The position numbers and the translations under genes were made by a program. The notes beneath the pieces were generated by a model, which was not told the DNA's origin, did no database searches, and was given only the letters and a program-made list of their open reading frames with translations. Positions 39,766 through 49,396 of a stretch of 64,000 nucleotides of DNA are shown one piece after another. Within the stretch, counting starts at the first letter, position 1. Each line of letters begins with the position of its first letter. The stretch lies in assembly GCA_021824155.1 (NCBI GenBank), contig JAKALN010000001.1:64015-128014 (forward strand), given 5' to 3'. Source of the stretch: a bacterium (lineage in GTDB: Bacteria > Patescibacteriota > Microgenomatia > Levybacterales > UBA12049).

Positions 39766-40068
39766 TCAGTCAATGACTGCAAGTATATCTTTCTGGTCAA
39801 CTATTGTCCATTCTTCGTTTCCGACTTTTACTTCATTTCCGCCCCATTTTTTATACATTACCTTCTGTCCTGCCTTAATAACCATTGGTATTTTATCTCC
39901 TTTAGGCGTCATATCTCCGGGGCCTACAGCCATAACTTCGCCGATTTGCGGTTTTTCTTTTGCGCTGTCCGGTAGAATGATCCCGCTTGCGGTTTTTTCT
40001 TCCGCTTCAAGCGGTTTTACCAAAACGTTATTAAAAAGAGGTTTTATATTGTTTTTTGCTGCTGCCAT
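39766..40068 (-). CDS. groS: Co-chaperonin GroES
   Basis: IKPL.NNVLV, TASGIILPDSAKEKP, AVGPG, DILAVI. Confidence 0.97.
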   Translation of the reverse strand: MAAAKNNIKPLFNNVLVKPLEAEEKTASGIILPDSAKEKPQIGEVMAVGPGDMTPKGDKIPMVIKAGQKVMYKKWGGNEVKVGNEEWTIVDQKDILAVID

Positions 40069-40081
40069 ATATAGTCAAAAA

Positions 40082-40108
40082 ATATCACTCGAAGAAAGTG
40101 ACTGCTTA
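40082..40108 (-). promoter_or_regulatory. Degenerate CIRCE upstream of groES
   Basis: Minus strand TAAGCAGTC-N9-GAGTGATAT, just downstream of TTGACA(40137-40132)-N17-TATAAA. Confidence 0.7.
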
Positions 40109-40204
40109 TTTATACAATAAAAATACTGCCCTGTCAATATCTTTAAAAGCTTTAACACTTGACACCTACGTATTTCTTCTATACCATAAATTTAGAATAT
40201 AATT

Positions 40205-41386
40205 ATGTCCTTACCATCGGGCAAAAAATTGCTGTTGTTAGGTTTTATAGCAGTCCTACTTGTTATTATTCCGTTGACTGTATTTATCGTGCAACAGCAG
40301 CAAAAAACCCAAAGCAGCGCCCAAAAATCCACGACCTTGGGGTTTAACCCTTCCTCAACTACAGTTAACGTGGGAGATACGGTAAATCTGGACATAATGA
40401 TGAACCCCGGCAACAATCAAGTTTCATTTGTAAAATTGATAATAAATTACGACCCTACTAAACTGGCCACTGCATCAGCCGGAAGCGCTGTTTGTCCGGC
40501 AAAGCCGGATGATGCCCTTTGTCCTAATGTAGTTGCCTTCCCTTCCGTATTGCAAGGCCCGGTTTACGGCCCGGGAACAGTTTCCGTTACTCTTTCCATA
40601 GGAGGAAGTCCGCAGAATATAGTCCAGACAACAACTAAAATAGGAACAATAGCTTTCCAGGCAATAGCAGGCACGGATGCAGCTCCAACCCAAGTAACAT
40701 TTGCAGGACAAACCCAAGTTTTATCTATTGCTTCAACGGACCAATTCAATGAAAATGTTTTATCAACGGTTAACCCGGCAAATATAACAATAAATGCCGC
40801 TACGGCTTCTGCAACTCCAACTCCGACACCGGCTCCCACGGCAAGTCCGACACCTACACCTACTCCTACGCCTACTCCAACTCCGACACCGGCTCCCACG
40901 GCAAGTCCGACACCGGCTCCAACACCAAACAGTCAAGCTCCCGTATGCCAGAGCCTGGCACTTTCGGGGCCTGCAACCGGAACGGCTCCGTACACTCTTA
41001 CATTTACGGCAACAGGCACTTCTTCCGCAAGTACGATAAATAAAGTCACTTTTAATTACGGGGATAGCGCCACTCAGGATGTAACTAACTCCGGAGGAGT
41101 AGGAAGCAATTCGGTAAGCGTACAAACAAGCCATACATATAACGGGGCAGGTACGTTTACGGCAACTGCCGTAATGACCGACGCACTCGGCAACGTAAGC
41201 GATACCCAAAGCTGTACTCAAACCATAACGGTTAATGCAACTCCCGCACCGACACAATTAGCGCAGGCAACACCGACTCCGGGAAAAACTCTCCCTCCAA
41301 CAGGACCTGACGGAAAAATAATGGCGGCCGGGGTTATAGGAACAATACTCTCTGTGGCCGGACTACTCCTGTTCTTTGCTCTTTAG
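40205..41386 (+). CDS. Surface protein: cohesin-like domain, PT linker, PKD domain, LPPTG plus C-terminal TM
   Basis: VGDTVNLDI...INYDPTKL (cohesin-like); FNYGD...SHTYNGAGTFTA (PKD); KTLPPTG followed by a hydrophobic end. Confidence 0.75.
   Translation: MSLPSGKKLLLLGFIAVLLVIIPLTVFIVQQQQKTQSSAQKSTTLGFNPSSTTVNVGDTVNLDIMMNPGNNQVSFVKLIINYDPTKLATASAGSAVCPAKPDDALCPNVVAFPSVLQGPVYGPGTVSVTLSIGGSPQNIVQTTTKIGTIAFQAIAGTDAAPTQVTFAGQTQVLSIASTDQFNENVLSTVNPANITINAATASATPTPTPAPTASPTPTPTPTPTPTPTPAPTASPTPAPTPNSQAPVCQSLALSGPATGTAPYTLTFTATGTSSASTINKVTFNYGDSATQDVTNSGGVGSNSVSVQTSHTYNGAGTFTATAVMTDALGNVSDTQSCTQTITVNATPAPTQLAQATPTPGKTLPPTGPDGKIMAAGVIGTILSVAGLLLFFAL
40814..40914. repeat. 41-bp exact direct repeat (60-bp spacing) in the PT linker
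   Basis: actccaactccgacaccggctcccacggcaagtccgacacc at 40814-40854 and 40874-40914. Confidence 0.9.
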
Positions 41387-43134
41387 TTTCCCTTGCTGAT
41401 TAAAGGAAGGAGCGCCTCTTGGGGAATATCTATTTTTGAAGTGGTAAACATTTTGTTCTTGCCTTTTTTCTGCGCTTCTAAAAGCTTGTCTTTTCTGGTC
41501 CTGTCTCCTCCCGACATTTTTGCCAAAACATCTTTCCTAAATGCCGGAATTTCCGACCTTGCCAGAATTTTTCCGTCCACTTTTGCCTGTATAACCTGTT
41601 TTATCTGTTTTCTTGGAATTAAATCTTTAAGTTTTTCAGTTTTTTCCCGCGCCAAAAATTGAGCTTCATCCGCATAGACCAATTCCGATAAAACATCTAT
41701 TTCCGTATCGTTTATAAGTATTTCCAGGTTTACCAAATCGGCCTCTTTATAGTCTGTTAATTCATAATCTATACTTGCAAAGCCCGAAGATACCGTTTTT
41801 ATTTCCGAAGACAAATTTCTTATAAAACAACTGAACGGCATTTCGTATTTTAAAATTGCGTTGTCCTTGTGGTATGTCATATCCAAGAGATTTCCCTTTT
41901 TCTTTTGCGCAATAGTTATAATTGCTCCGACAAACTTTACGGGAGTAAAAACCGTTAAAATCATATAGGGCTCAAAAATTTTACTGTTTTGTCTTTCTTC
42001 GTATAAAACATGCGGCATAGTTAAAATCGGGTCGATATTTTCTTCCTGTTTCAACCGTTCTTTAAAAATCTCGGCATGCAAAAGCCCTAAAAATCCGACC
42101 CTGAAACCGCTTCCTAAAAAAACCGAATATTCTGTTGCAATACTTAGCGATGCATCGTTTAAGGAAAGTTTGCTTATTGCCTCTTTAAGCCTTACTAATT
42201 CGTTTGTGCTTTTAGGGTATACACCGAAAAATACCATTGGTTTTGGTGTTTCATACCCGGGCAGAGCTTTTACGTTTGCCATTTGAGATTTAAAATTTGA
42301 AATTTCCGTTATGGTATCTCCTACTCTTGCAAGCCTAATATCTTTTATTCCAGTAATAACATAGCCTATTTCTCCTGTTGTTAAGTTATCTTTTGAAACC
42401 AAAAAAGGAGAAAAAAATCCTACTTCGGAGGCGTCTGCTTTTACACTGCTTTGTAGAAATTCTATTTTTTCATGCCGTTCAAGTTTGCCGTCAACAACCT
42501 TTATAAATGCCACTACTCCCCTATGTTCGTCATACTCGGCGTCAAAAATTAAAGCTCTCAGAGGCAAGTCCGGAGAACCCTTGGGGGGAGGAAGTTTTTC
42601 AATAATTGCCGAAAGCAGTTCCTCTACATTCTCTCCTGTTTTTGCCGATATATAATAAATCTCTTCTTTTTTAAACCCGAATAATTCTTCTAAATCCCTT
42701 GCCGTTTCCTCTTTTCTTGCGGTTGGCAAATCTATCTTGTTAATAACCGGAATTATGGCTAAGCCTTCTTTCTGTGCAACTCTAAAATGCGCAACCGTCT
42801 GCGCCTGAATCCCCTGGGTGGCATCAACCAATAATACTGCACCCTCACAGGCTGCCAAAGTCCTTGAAACTTCATAAGAAAAATCTATATGGCCGGGAGT
42901 ATCTATTAAATTAAGCACATAAGACAGGCCGTTTTTTTCGTAATGCATCTTAACAGGGGCGAGTTTTATCGTTATTCCCCGCTCCCTGGAAATGGGGCTC
43001 TGGTCCAAAAACTGTTCTTTAATTTTGTCTTTTGCTATTGTTTTTGTTATTTCCAAAAGCCTGTCCGCCAGCGTTGATTTGCCGTGGTCGATATGTGCGA
43101 TAATTGCGAAGTTACGTATTAATTTTTGTTCCAT
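41383..43134 (-). CDS. lepA: Elongation factor 4 (LepA)
   Basis: IRNFAIIAHIDHGKSTLADRL, GFRVGFLGLLH, GGDRTRK.KLLE.QKKGK. Confidence 0.96.
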   Translation of the reverse strand: MEQKLIRNFAIIAHIDHGKSTLADRLLEITKTIAKDKIKEQFLDQSPISRERGITIKLAPVKMHYEKNGLSYVLNLIDTPGHIDFSYEVSRTLAACEGAVLLVDATQGIQAQTVAHFRVAQKEGLAIIPVINKIDLPTARKEETARDLEELFGFKKEEIYYISAKTGENVEELLSAIIEKLPPPKGSPDLPLRALIFDAEYDEHRGVVAFIKVVDGKLERHEKIEFLQSSVKADASEVGFFSPFLVSKDNLTTGEIGYVITGIKDIRLARVGDTITEISNFKSQMANVKALPGYETPKPMVFFGVYPKSTNELVRLKEAISKLSLNDASLSIATEYSVFLGSGFRVGFLGLLHAEIFKERLKQEENIDPILTMPHVLYEERQNSKIFEPYMILTVFTPVKFVGAIITIAQKKKGNLLDMTYHKDNAILKYEMPFSCFIRNLSSEIKTVSSGFASIDYELTDYKEADLVNLEILINDTEIDVLSELVYADEAQFLAREKTEKLKDLIPRKQIKQVIQAKVDGKILARSEIPAFRKDVLAKMSGGDRTRKDKLLEAQKKGKNKMFTTSKIDIPQEALLPLISKGN

Positions 43135-43161
43135 TTAAACCTCACGGGGAATTATACCAGA

Positions 43162-44820
43162 TTAAGGATTGAAGCGGGTTCCGTCTATTGCCTCTTCACT
43201 TCCTCGCAGGATTTGCCTCCAGTCGCCGAGTTTTTTGAATATGGTAATAAACATAATGGCTTCTTTAACGTTAAAAAGCCACGTAAGGAAAAGGTATAAC
43301 AAAAGTCCGGCCGAACTTGAAATCCCTGTCAGTAAAATAAGGTTTACGGTTTTTGTAGTATCAAAAACAAGCTGGTCCAATAGTTTTATCGGAATATATA
43401 GGGCAAATCCGGTAAAAAGAGTGGCTATGGTAATTTTCATCAACGAAACAAAAAGCGGAATTTTATTAAATCCTCCTACCCTTCTGTCCAAAAAAATAAA
43501 TAAGACAAAGATATTGATTATGCTTCCTATTGAATAGGCTACGGCAATACTTTCTATTCCATAATGATAAATAAAAATAAATAGCGCTCCTATCAAAAGC
43601 ATTAAACCCGTTGTTAAAGCGCCTATAATAAGAGGGGTTTTTGTATCATGTAACGCATAAAAACCTCTGGAAATCAAATAAACAAGCGCTTGGGCAAAAA
43701 TGGAAATACTAAAAAAGGCAAGCGTCCTCCCGGTTAGGACCGTTGCTGCCCAATCAAATTGTGAAGCTCCGTAAATAAGTCTGACTACGGGAATTCTTAA
43801 AACCAAGAGAAGCGCCGAAACAGGCAAAACCAGATAGAGCATCTGATTTAAGCTTGTTATAAATGTAGTCTTAAAATCTTCAAGGCGGTCCCTTTCTTTT
43901 GAAAGAACAGGAAAAGCGGCCTGGGCAATCGCCTGGCCAAAAAGTGCAACAGGAGCAAAGGCAAGGGTCTGGGCATAATCAAAAATTACATAATTTCTGC
44001 CCGGGTTTGGAAGAAAAGAAACTAAAGTAACTGTTATAAGGGCGCCTATCTGAAAAATTCCAAGAGAAATGGTTCTTGGCCACATTAATTTTAATACCTC
44101 CATGACCCCCGCTGTTTTTAAAGAAAACGAGGGTTTAAACGAAAATCCCACCCTTTTAATCAGCGGAAGCTGAACAATAACAAAGATAAAAGCTCCTAAA
44201 ACAACGCCCCAAGCTGCGGAAAAAATTCCGAGAAAAGGAGAAAGAACTATAATTCCTATAATAATTCCTAAATTAAATGTTGCCGAAGCAATGCCCGGAA
44301 TAAAAAAATGGTTATAAGACTGTAAAACCGCAGAAAGAAAGCTTCCGAGAATAAAAAGAATTTCTCCAAAAATTATCACTCTTGTTAAATTTGCCATCAG
44401 GTTTATCTGAGAGGGTGAAAAACCCGGAGCTATCAGCTTTGAAAAATCGTTTGCAAATACAAAAAGGAAAAACGAAAAAACGGTAAAAATTACAAGGGCG
44501 GCCAAAAGAAGCGTTGATCCCAACCTGTATGCATCTTCATTTTTCCCCTTACCCAAGTATTCCGAAAAAACAGGAATAAATGCCGAAGAAAGAGCGCCGG
44601 CAATAATTATCTGAAAAAGAAAATCCGGCATTCTGGTTGAAGCAAGATACACTCCAAGGGTATTAGATGCACCAAAAATTCCTACCAATAATCTTTGCCT
44701 CACCAGTCCCAAAACTTGAGACAAGACGATCGTTGCCATTATTACAAAGGCTGCCGAGATAATGTTGTTTTGTTGTCGGAGTAAAAGACCAAGACTTCTC
44801 TTTAAAAAATCCTTAGGCAT
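43162..44820 (-). CDS. murJ: Lipid II flippase MurJ/MviN
   Basis: GLVRQ, R.PD, GALSSAFIPVF and RGFYALHDTKTP motifs; MOP-type multi-TM. Confidence 0.92.
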   Translation of the reverse strand: MPKDFLKRSLGLLLRQQNNIISAAFVIMATIVLSQVLGLVRQRLLVGIFGASNTLGVYLASTRMPDFLFQIIIAGALSSAFIPVFSEYLGKGKNEDAYRLGSTLLLAALVIFTVFSFFLFVFANDFSKLIAPGFSPSQINLMANLTRVIIFGEILFILGSFLSAVLQSYNHFFIPGIASATFNLGIIIGIIVLSPFLGIFSAAWGVVLGAFIFVIVQLPLIKRVGFSFKPSFSLKTAGVMEVLKLMWPRTISLGIFQIGALITVTLVSFLPNPGRNYVIFDYAQTLAFAPVALFGQAIAQAAFPVLSKERDRLEDFKTTFITSLNQMLYLVLPVSALLLVLRIPVVRLIYGASQFDWAATVLTGRTLAFFSISIFAQALVYLISRGFYALHDTKTPLIIGALTTGLMLLIGALFIFIYHYGIESIAVAYSIGSIINIFVLFIFLDRRVGGFNKIPLFVSLMKITIATLFTGFALYIPIKLLDQLVFDTTKTVNLILLTGISSSAGLLLYLFLTWLFNVKEAIMFITIFKKLGDWRQILRGSEEAIDGTRFNP

Positions 44821-44856
44821 AAAACGGTTGTTTTTATAAGTATAACATGATAAAAT

Positions 44857-45177
44857 ATGCCTATGCCAGTAATAAAATCCGCAAAGAAAAAATTAAAAAA
44901 AGACAGAAAAAGGGAAACGGCAAATAAAAGCCTGCGAAATCTTTTTAAAAAAACGCTAAAGCTTGCGGAAAAATCTCCGACCGAAGCAAATGTAAGAAAA
45001 GCTGTAAAAGTAATAGATAAAACCGCAAAAAAGAATATTATCCATTCAAACAAAGCGGCCAGATTAAAATCAAAACTTGCCAAACTTTTGGCAGCTAAAT
45101 CTCCCAAGCCAAAAACTGCGGAAAATGCAAAAAAACCGCAAAAAACCAAGCCCCAAAAATCAAAATCAAAAAAATAA
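44857..45177 (+). CDS. rpsT: 30S ribosomal protein S20 with Lys-rich C-terminal extension
   Basis: IKSAKK...N...IDKTAKKNIIHSNKAARLKSKL; the start could be 44863. Confidence 0.93.
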   Translation: MPMPVIKSAKKKLKKDRKRETANKSLRNLFKKTLKLAEKSPTEANVRKAVKVIDKTAKKNIIHSNKAARLKSKLAKLLAAKSPKPKTAENAKKPQKTKPQKSKSKK

Positions 45178-45229
45178 ATCCCCTCTTTAAATCTTTGACA
45201 AAATAGCAAAAAAACCCTAGACTAAACTT

Positions 45230-45790
45230 ATGCTGCAGAAAAAGTCCGACTCCATAAATCTGTTAAAAAGAGAAACTCCTTTTGCCGACAGATTTATTAA
45301 TTGGGCTTTAACCGTAGGAAGACTTTTAGTAATAATAACCGAGGTTGTTGCCTTGGGAGCTTTTGTTTACCGTTTTTCCCTAGACCGCCAGATAATTGAC
45401 CTTCACTCAAAAATAAATCAGGAACAGGCTATAGTAAACTATCTTAAAAATAATGAATCCAGCTACAGAAATCTCCAGAAGAGACTGGTAATAGCGTCCA
45501 CAAGCATAAATCTGTCATCAAACAGACTTAAAATCTTTAATGACATTGTAAAAGCTGCGCCGGCAGGTCTTGCCTTTAACACCTTGGCCTTATATGAAGA
45601 CAGGGTAAACATAGAAGCAAACGTTGATTCGGTTGCCTCACTTACAAAATTTGTAAATTCTATTAAAGATTATCCGGCGATAGACAGTATCAGTATAGAC
45701 AAAATAGAAAGTAAGCCGTCGAGCGCGGTAATTACAATAAACTTAACCGCTACTCTTAAACCTAATTACGTTTATGCAAGTACAAAGTAG
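45230..45790 (+). CDS. Type IV pilus assembly protein PilN-like
   Basis: INLL motif, single TM, coiled coil, ferredoxin-like domain. Confidence 0.75.
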   Translation: MLQKKSDSINLLKRETPFADRFINWALTVGRLLVIITEVVALGAFVYRFSLDRQIIDLHSKINQEQAIVNYLKNNESSYRNLQKRLVIASTSINLSSNRLKIFNDIVKAAPAGLAFNTLALYEDRVNIEANVDSVASLTKFVNSIKDYPAIDSISIDKIESKPSSAVITINLTATLKPNYVYASTK

Positions 45791-46394
45791 TAATTTATTC
45801 AAAAATATACAAAAAAATAAATACCTTGAAATGCTGCCGGATTTCAAGGAAGAAAGGACACAAAAGTTTACGACTTTAGTCCTTACTCTTGTTGCTTTAT
45901 CTTTTTTCGGCCTTTTTGCAATAAGCCCTACTCTTTCAACAATTGCAAATTTAAACAAACAGCTCGACGATAACAAATTTGTTGACCAGCAGCTGCAGAC
46001 GAAAATAAACAATCTGTATCTTCTTCAGCAAAAATATACGGAATTAACTCCAGATTTGCCTTATGTATTTAATTCCGTCCCGAAAGGCCCGGAGGTGCCC
46101 CTTTTAGTTGCTCAAATTCAATCGGTTGCAAAAGATTCGGGAATTAGCATAACCGGACTGCAGACTTTTGAAACACAAGTTCCTGACCCGACAACGCCGG
46201 TAAAAGACAGTTATGCTTACACTTTTAGTTTGTCCGCAAACGGATCCTATGAAAACATATCTAAATTTGCCAATTCAATCGTAAACATGCAAAGAGTAAT
46301 ATCTATAAATATACTCTCAATTACCAGAAATACGGGTTCGCAAGGGCCTTCAATGCAGGTCAATTTCAAAGGAACAGCTTATTATAAAGAATAA
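45774..46394 (+). CDS. Type IV pilus assembly protein PilO-like
   Basis: TM, coiled coil, VP..P, GSYENI.KF...I.NMQRVI. Confidence 0.8.
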   Translation: MQVQSSNLFKNIQKNKYLEMLPDFKEERTQKFTTLVLTLVALSFFGLFAISPTLSTIANLNKQLDDNKFVDQQLQTKINNLYLLQQKYTELTPDLPYVFNSVPKGPEVPLLVAQIQSVAKDSGISITGLQTFETQVPDPTTPVKDSYAYTFSLSANGSYENISKFANSIVNMQRVISINILSITRNTGSQGPSMQVNFKGTAYYKE

Positions 46395-46397
46395 CTT

Positions 46398-46736
46398 ATG
46401 AAACAAAAAGATATTTTATTACTGTTAATACCGTCTTTTATAGTAATAGTAGCGTGGATTGCTTTTAGTATTTATCATAGTTCTGTGGCTTCTACAATCA
46501 CGCCTATTGTAGATATCCAGATTGCCCCTATTACACCGGCTTTTGATACTGCAACAATTTCCCAGTTAAAACAAAGGGCAAATGTCTCTCCCATTTACGA
46601 AGTCCAAAATATCCCAAGCCCGTCACCGACTCCTTTCTACATACCTGCTGCGCCTATCTCGTCGCAATCCGGAATACCTTTGGGCGCTCCTGCCAATAGC
46701 CCTCAAGGAACTTCCGGAGGAACATTAGCGCCATGA
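46398..46736 (+). CDS. Small single-TM protein (PilP-position protein)
   Basis: One N-terminal TM, PITPAFD, Pro-rich tail; follows pilNO. Confidence 0.6.
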   Translation: MKQKDILLLLIPSFIVIVAWIAFSIYHSSVASTITPIVDIQIAPITPAFDTATISQLKQRANVSPIYEVQNIPSPSPTPFYIPAAPISSQSGIPLGAPANSPQGTSGGTLAP

Positions 46737-48193
46737 ATAAAACAATCTGGGATAAAAGAATACCTACGCTTTTAGGGGTATTCTTAATTGTTGTGGGAAT
46801 AGGAATAACGTCCTTTTTAGTAGAAAAAGGAATAATTGTTGTGGGTCATGCCAACCCTTCGGCAAATCCCCAAAACATCAGAATAACAAATATAACAGAC
46901 ACCTCCTTTACTGTTTCGTACTCTACGGATGCACAGGTTCTCGGTTCTTTAAATTACGGGACAGGTCCTTCTCTGGGGCAAACGGCATTAGACGACAGGG
47001 ACCAGCAAACCGGTTCTTTAACCAACCATACTGTACACAGCATTACTGTTAGAAATTTATCTCCTACATCAAAATACTATTTTTCCATAACAAGCGGACA
47101 GGATAAATTTGTAAATAACGGCGTTCCTTTTGAAATAGTTACCGCAGCGGCAATTTCATCTCCACCCTCAGATGAAAAACCCATAATAGGAAAAGTAGTT
47201 CTACCCGACGGAAACTCCCCAAGCGAAGCAATAATTTATATTACAACCGATAATGCACAGGTTATATCGTCTCTTATAAAATCTGACGGGACTTATTTAA
47301 TTCCCTTAAATTCTCTAAGAAGCAGCGATTTATCTTCTTATCTTGATTTTTCAAAAGTGAATAATTTAAAAATGCTCGTTTACGGAGACGGATTAAGCTC
47401 AAATGTCACTCTGTCAATTAACCAAATAAACCCGGTACCTACTGTTACCCTATCGAAAGACTATGATTTTTCAACGGGCAGCGGGCCTGTGCCCGCACCA
47501 TCGGCAACTTCCTCCTCGGAATTCCAACAGCAGCAAAGTGAAACCTTTCCTTCTGCAAAACCCGGAATAGTTTCCAATGGTCCCACCCTTATAACACCTA
47601 AAGAAAACCAAAGTTTTTCCGACCAGCAGCCTGTATTTCAAGGCACCGGCCAGCCAAACCAAACGGTAAAGATTGAAATCCATTCCGACCAGACAATAAC
47701 AGCTCAGGTAACTGCCGACGGAAACGGATATTGGTCCTTTAGGCCAGCTACGCCTCTGGCACCGGGTGTTCACACCATTTCTATAACTACTCCGGATGCA
47801 AACGGAATATTAAGAACAATTACCCAAACCTTCACTGTATATGCAGCGGGAAGCCAGGTAAATCCGGTTGCCAATCCTCCTACTTCAACACCTACGCCTA
47901 CCCCCGCGCCCAGCCAATCTCCAAGTCCGGCTCCTACCCAAACGCCGACCCCAACGCCTTTACCCAGCGTTAGTCCCGCCCCAACGCCAACGATTGCTCC
48001 GACATTAACTCCAACTCCTACGGCAAGCCCGACTGCAACTCCTATTGCTACAATAGCGCCGACCCCAACGCCTTCTGCTCCCGCCCTTGCTCCGGGAGGA
48101 AAATCACCCGGGCCGGATAACACAATTATTGGACTGGGATTTTTGGGAGGAATAATAACAATTATAGGGGCCGCTCTGTTATTTGCTTTATAG
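46733..48193 (+). CDS. Surface protein with fibronectin type III and Ig-like (Big) domains, PT linker, C-terminal TM
   Basis: PQNIRITNITDTSFTVSY...H...V.NLSPTSKYYF (FN3); PVFQGTG.P...ADGNGYWSF...LAPGVHTI (Big). Confidence 0.75.
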   Translation: MNKTIWDKRIPTLLGVFLIVVGIGITSFLVEKGIIVVGHANPSANPQNIRITNITDTSFTVSYSTDAQVLGSLNYGTGPSLGQTALDDRDQQTGSLTNHTVHSITVRNLSPTSKYYFSITSGQDKFVNNGVPFEIVTAAAISSPPSDEKPIIGKVVLPDGNSPSEAIIYITTDNAQVISSLIKSDGTYLIPLNSLRSSDLSSYLDFSKVNNLKMLVYGDGLSSNVTLSINQINPVPTVTLSKDYDFSTGSGPVPAPSATSSSEFQQQQSETFPSAKPGIVSNGPTLITPKENQSFSDQQPVFQGTGQPNQTVKIEIHSDQTITAQVTADGNGYWSFRPATPLAPGVHTISITTPDANGILRTITQTFTVYAAGSQVNPVANPPTSTPTPTPAPSQSPSPAPTQTPTPTPLPSVSPAPTPTIAPTLTPTPTASPTATPIATIAPTPTPSAPALAPGGKSPGPDNTIIGLGFLGGIITIIGAALLFAL

Positions 48194-49384
48194 TGTCCAG
48201 GTGTTTAAAAAATTTATCATCACAACTCCCCATAGATTTACCAAAATACTTAAAATAATCAGAATAATACCAATAGGTTTTATTTTATCCCTCATCCCGC
48301 TTGCGGTTAGAATTAGAAGGAATGGAAGAAAATCCAAAGCGTGACGGAAACCGAATTGGGTAAATCCGTTTCCGCCGTGAATAAGTGAAGGAAAAGACAT
48401 AAACAAAACGGTTATCAAAGATGCAAAAACAAGTCTTGTTCTAAATCTTGCTAAAAGTATTAAAAAGAATGCAGGAGTTACAAACCAAAGAGCCATAGCA
48501 AATAGCGACGGAATTACAAAAGGAGGTTTTTGTACAAATTTTGGCATGGCGGTAAATATTTCCATTAAATGCACCGGAATATAACGGACGCTTACCAAGC
48601 CGTACCTGTACCAGGGTTCGTTAAATACGGGAAGAAGAGAATATCCTATGTCGTAAAAAGCGCCGAACCTTACATAATTGTAAAAAGCACTAAATATAAG
48701 TGCCGGCAAAAAACCGGCGCAAAAAAGAAGGATATTTTTATAATTAATTTTTAAACGTTCTTTTCCAAGAATAATAAATTCTTCTTTTGAAAAAATTAAA
48801 ACAAAAACTGCTGCAAGAGCAGAAGGGATAGTTGCAAGATAAGCAAAACCGATAAAAAAAGATACCAAAAACAGCCTTTTTTTGTTTACCAATTCTAATA
48901 TTCCAAGCCATATAAAAAACATTGCTACTATGTGGGCCGCGTACCAAACAGAGCCTACCGAAGCGTGATACCACTGCATAGTTCCGAAAGCGTATAGAAC
49001 CGAGGTCCAAAAAGAAATTTCTTTGCTAAAAAATTTTGACAAAAATTTATTGCATAAAATAACATTAAAAGCCCCTAAAACTATAGACAATGCCGGCTGA
49101 TAAAAAGCAGTGCCAAAAATTTCTACAAAAGGAATAAGAAGAATTGCGGGTCCGGGAGGATAAACAGTATAATAACGGCCGTGCCATAAGACTAATTCGT
49201 TAAGCCAGGAGGGATGAAAAACCAAATAAAAACGCCCATGTAAAAAAGCGTCTGCCATTAAAACAAAATAGTTATAATAAGCACCTTTTCCTTGTCCGGA
49301 AAACGCATATACAATAAGTGTTATAAGAAAAAGAAATAAAATTTTTTTGTTGGTTTTCAAAAAACCAGAAATTTTTTTAAACAT
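48188..49384 (-). CDS. Polytopic membrane protein, probable GT-C glycosyltransferase
   Basis: ADAFLHGR, YYTVYPPGP, YNYVRFG and QFGFRH..DFLP; multiple TMs; clustered with a PMT. Confidence 0.6.
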   Translation of the reverse strand: MFKKISGFLKTNKKILFLFLITLIVYAFSGQGKGAYYNYFVLMADAFLHGRFYLVFHPSWLNELVLWHGRYYTVYPPGPAILLIPFVEIFGTAFYQPALSIVLGAFNVILCNKFLSKFFSKEISFWTSVLYAFGTMQWYHASVGSVWYAAHIVAMFFIWLGILELVNKKRLFLVSFFIGFAYLATIPSALAAVFVLIFSKEEFIILGKERLKINYKNILLFCAGFLPALIFSAFYNYVRFGAFYDIGYSLLPVFNEPWYRYGLVSVRYIPVHLMEIFTAMPKFVQKPPFVIPSLFAMALWFVTPAFFLILLARFRTRLVFASLITVLFMSFPSLIHGGNGFTQFGFRHALDFLPFLLILTASGMRDKIKPIGIILIILSILVNLWGVVMINFLNTWTL

Positions 49385-49396
49385 ATTTTTGATTTG

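Noticed and set aside
40564-40899. Gly-Val repeat ORFs (also 14819-15040 and 47770-48123)
   Set aside because: Antisense translation of PT-repeat linkers.
40814-40914. CRISPR-like repeat-spacer pattern
   Set aside because: Only two copies, in frame within a Pro/Thr linker, and no cas genes.
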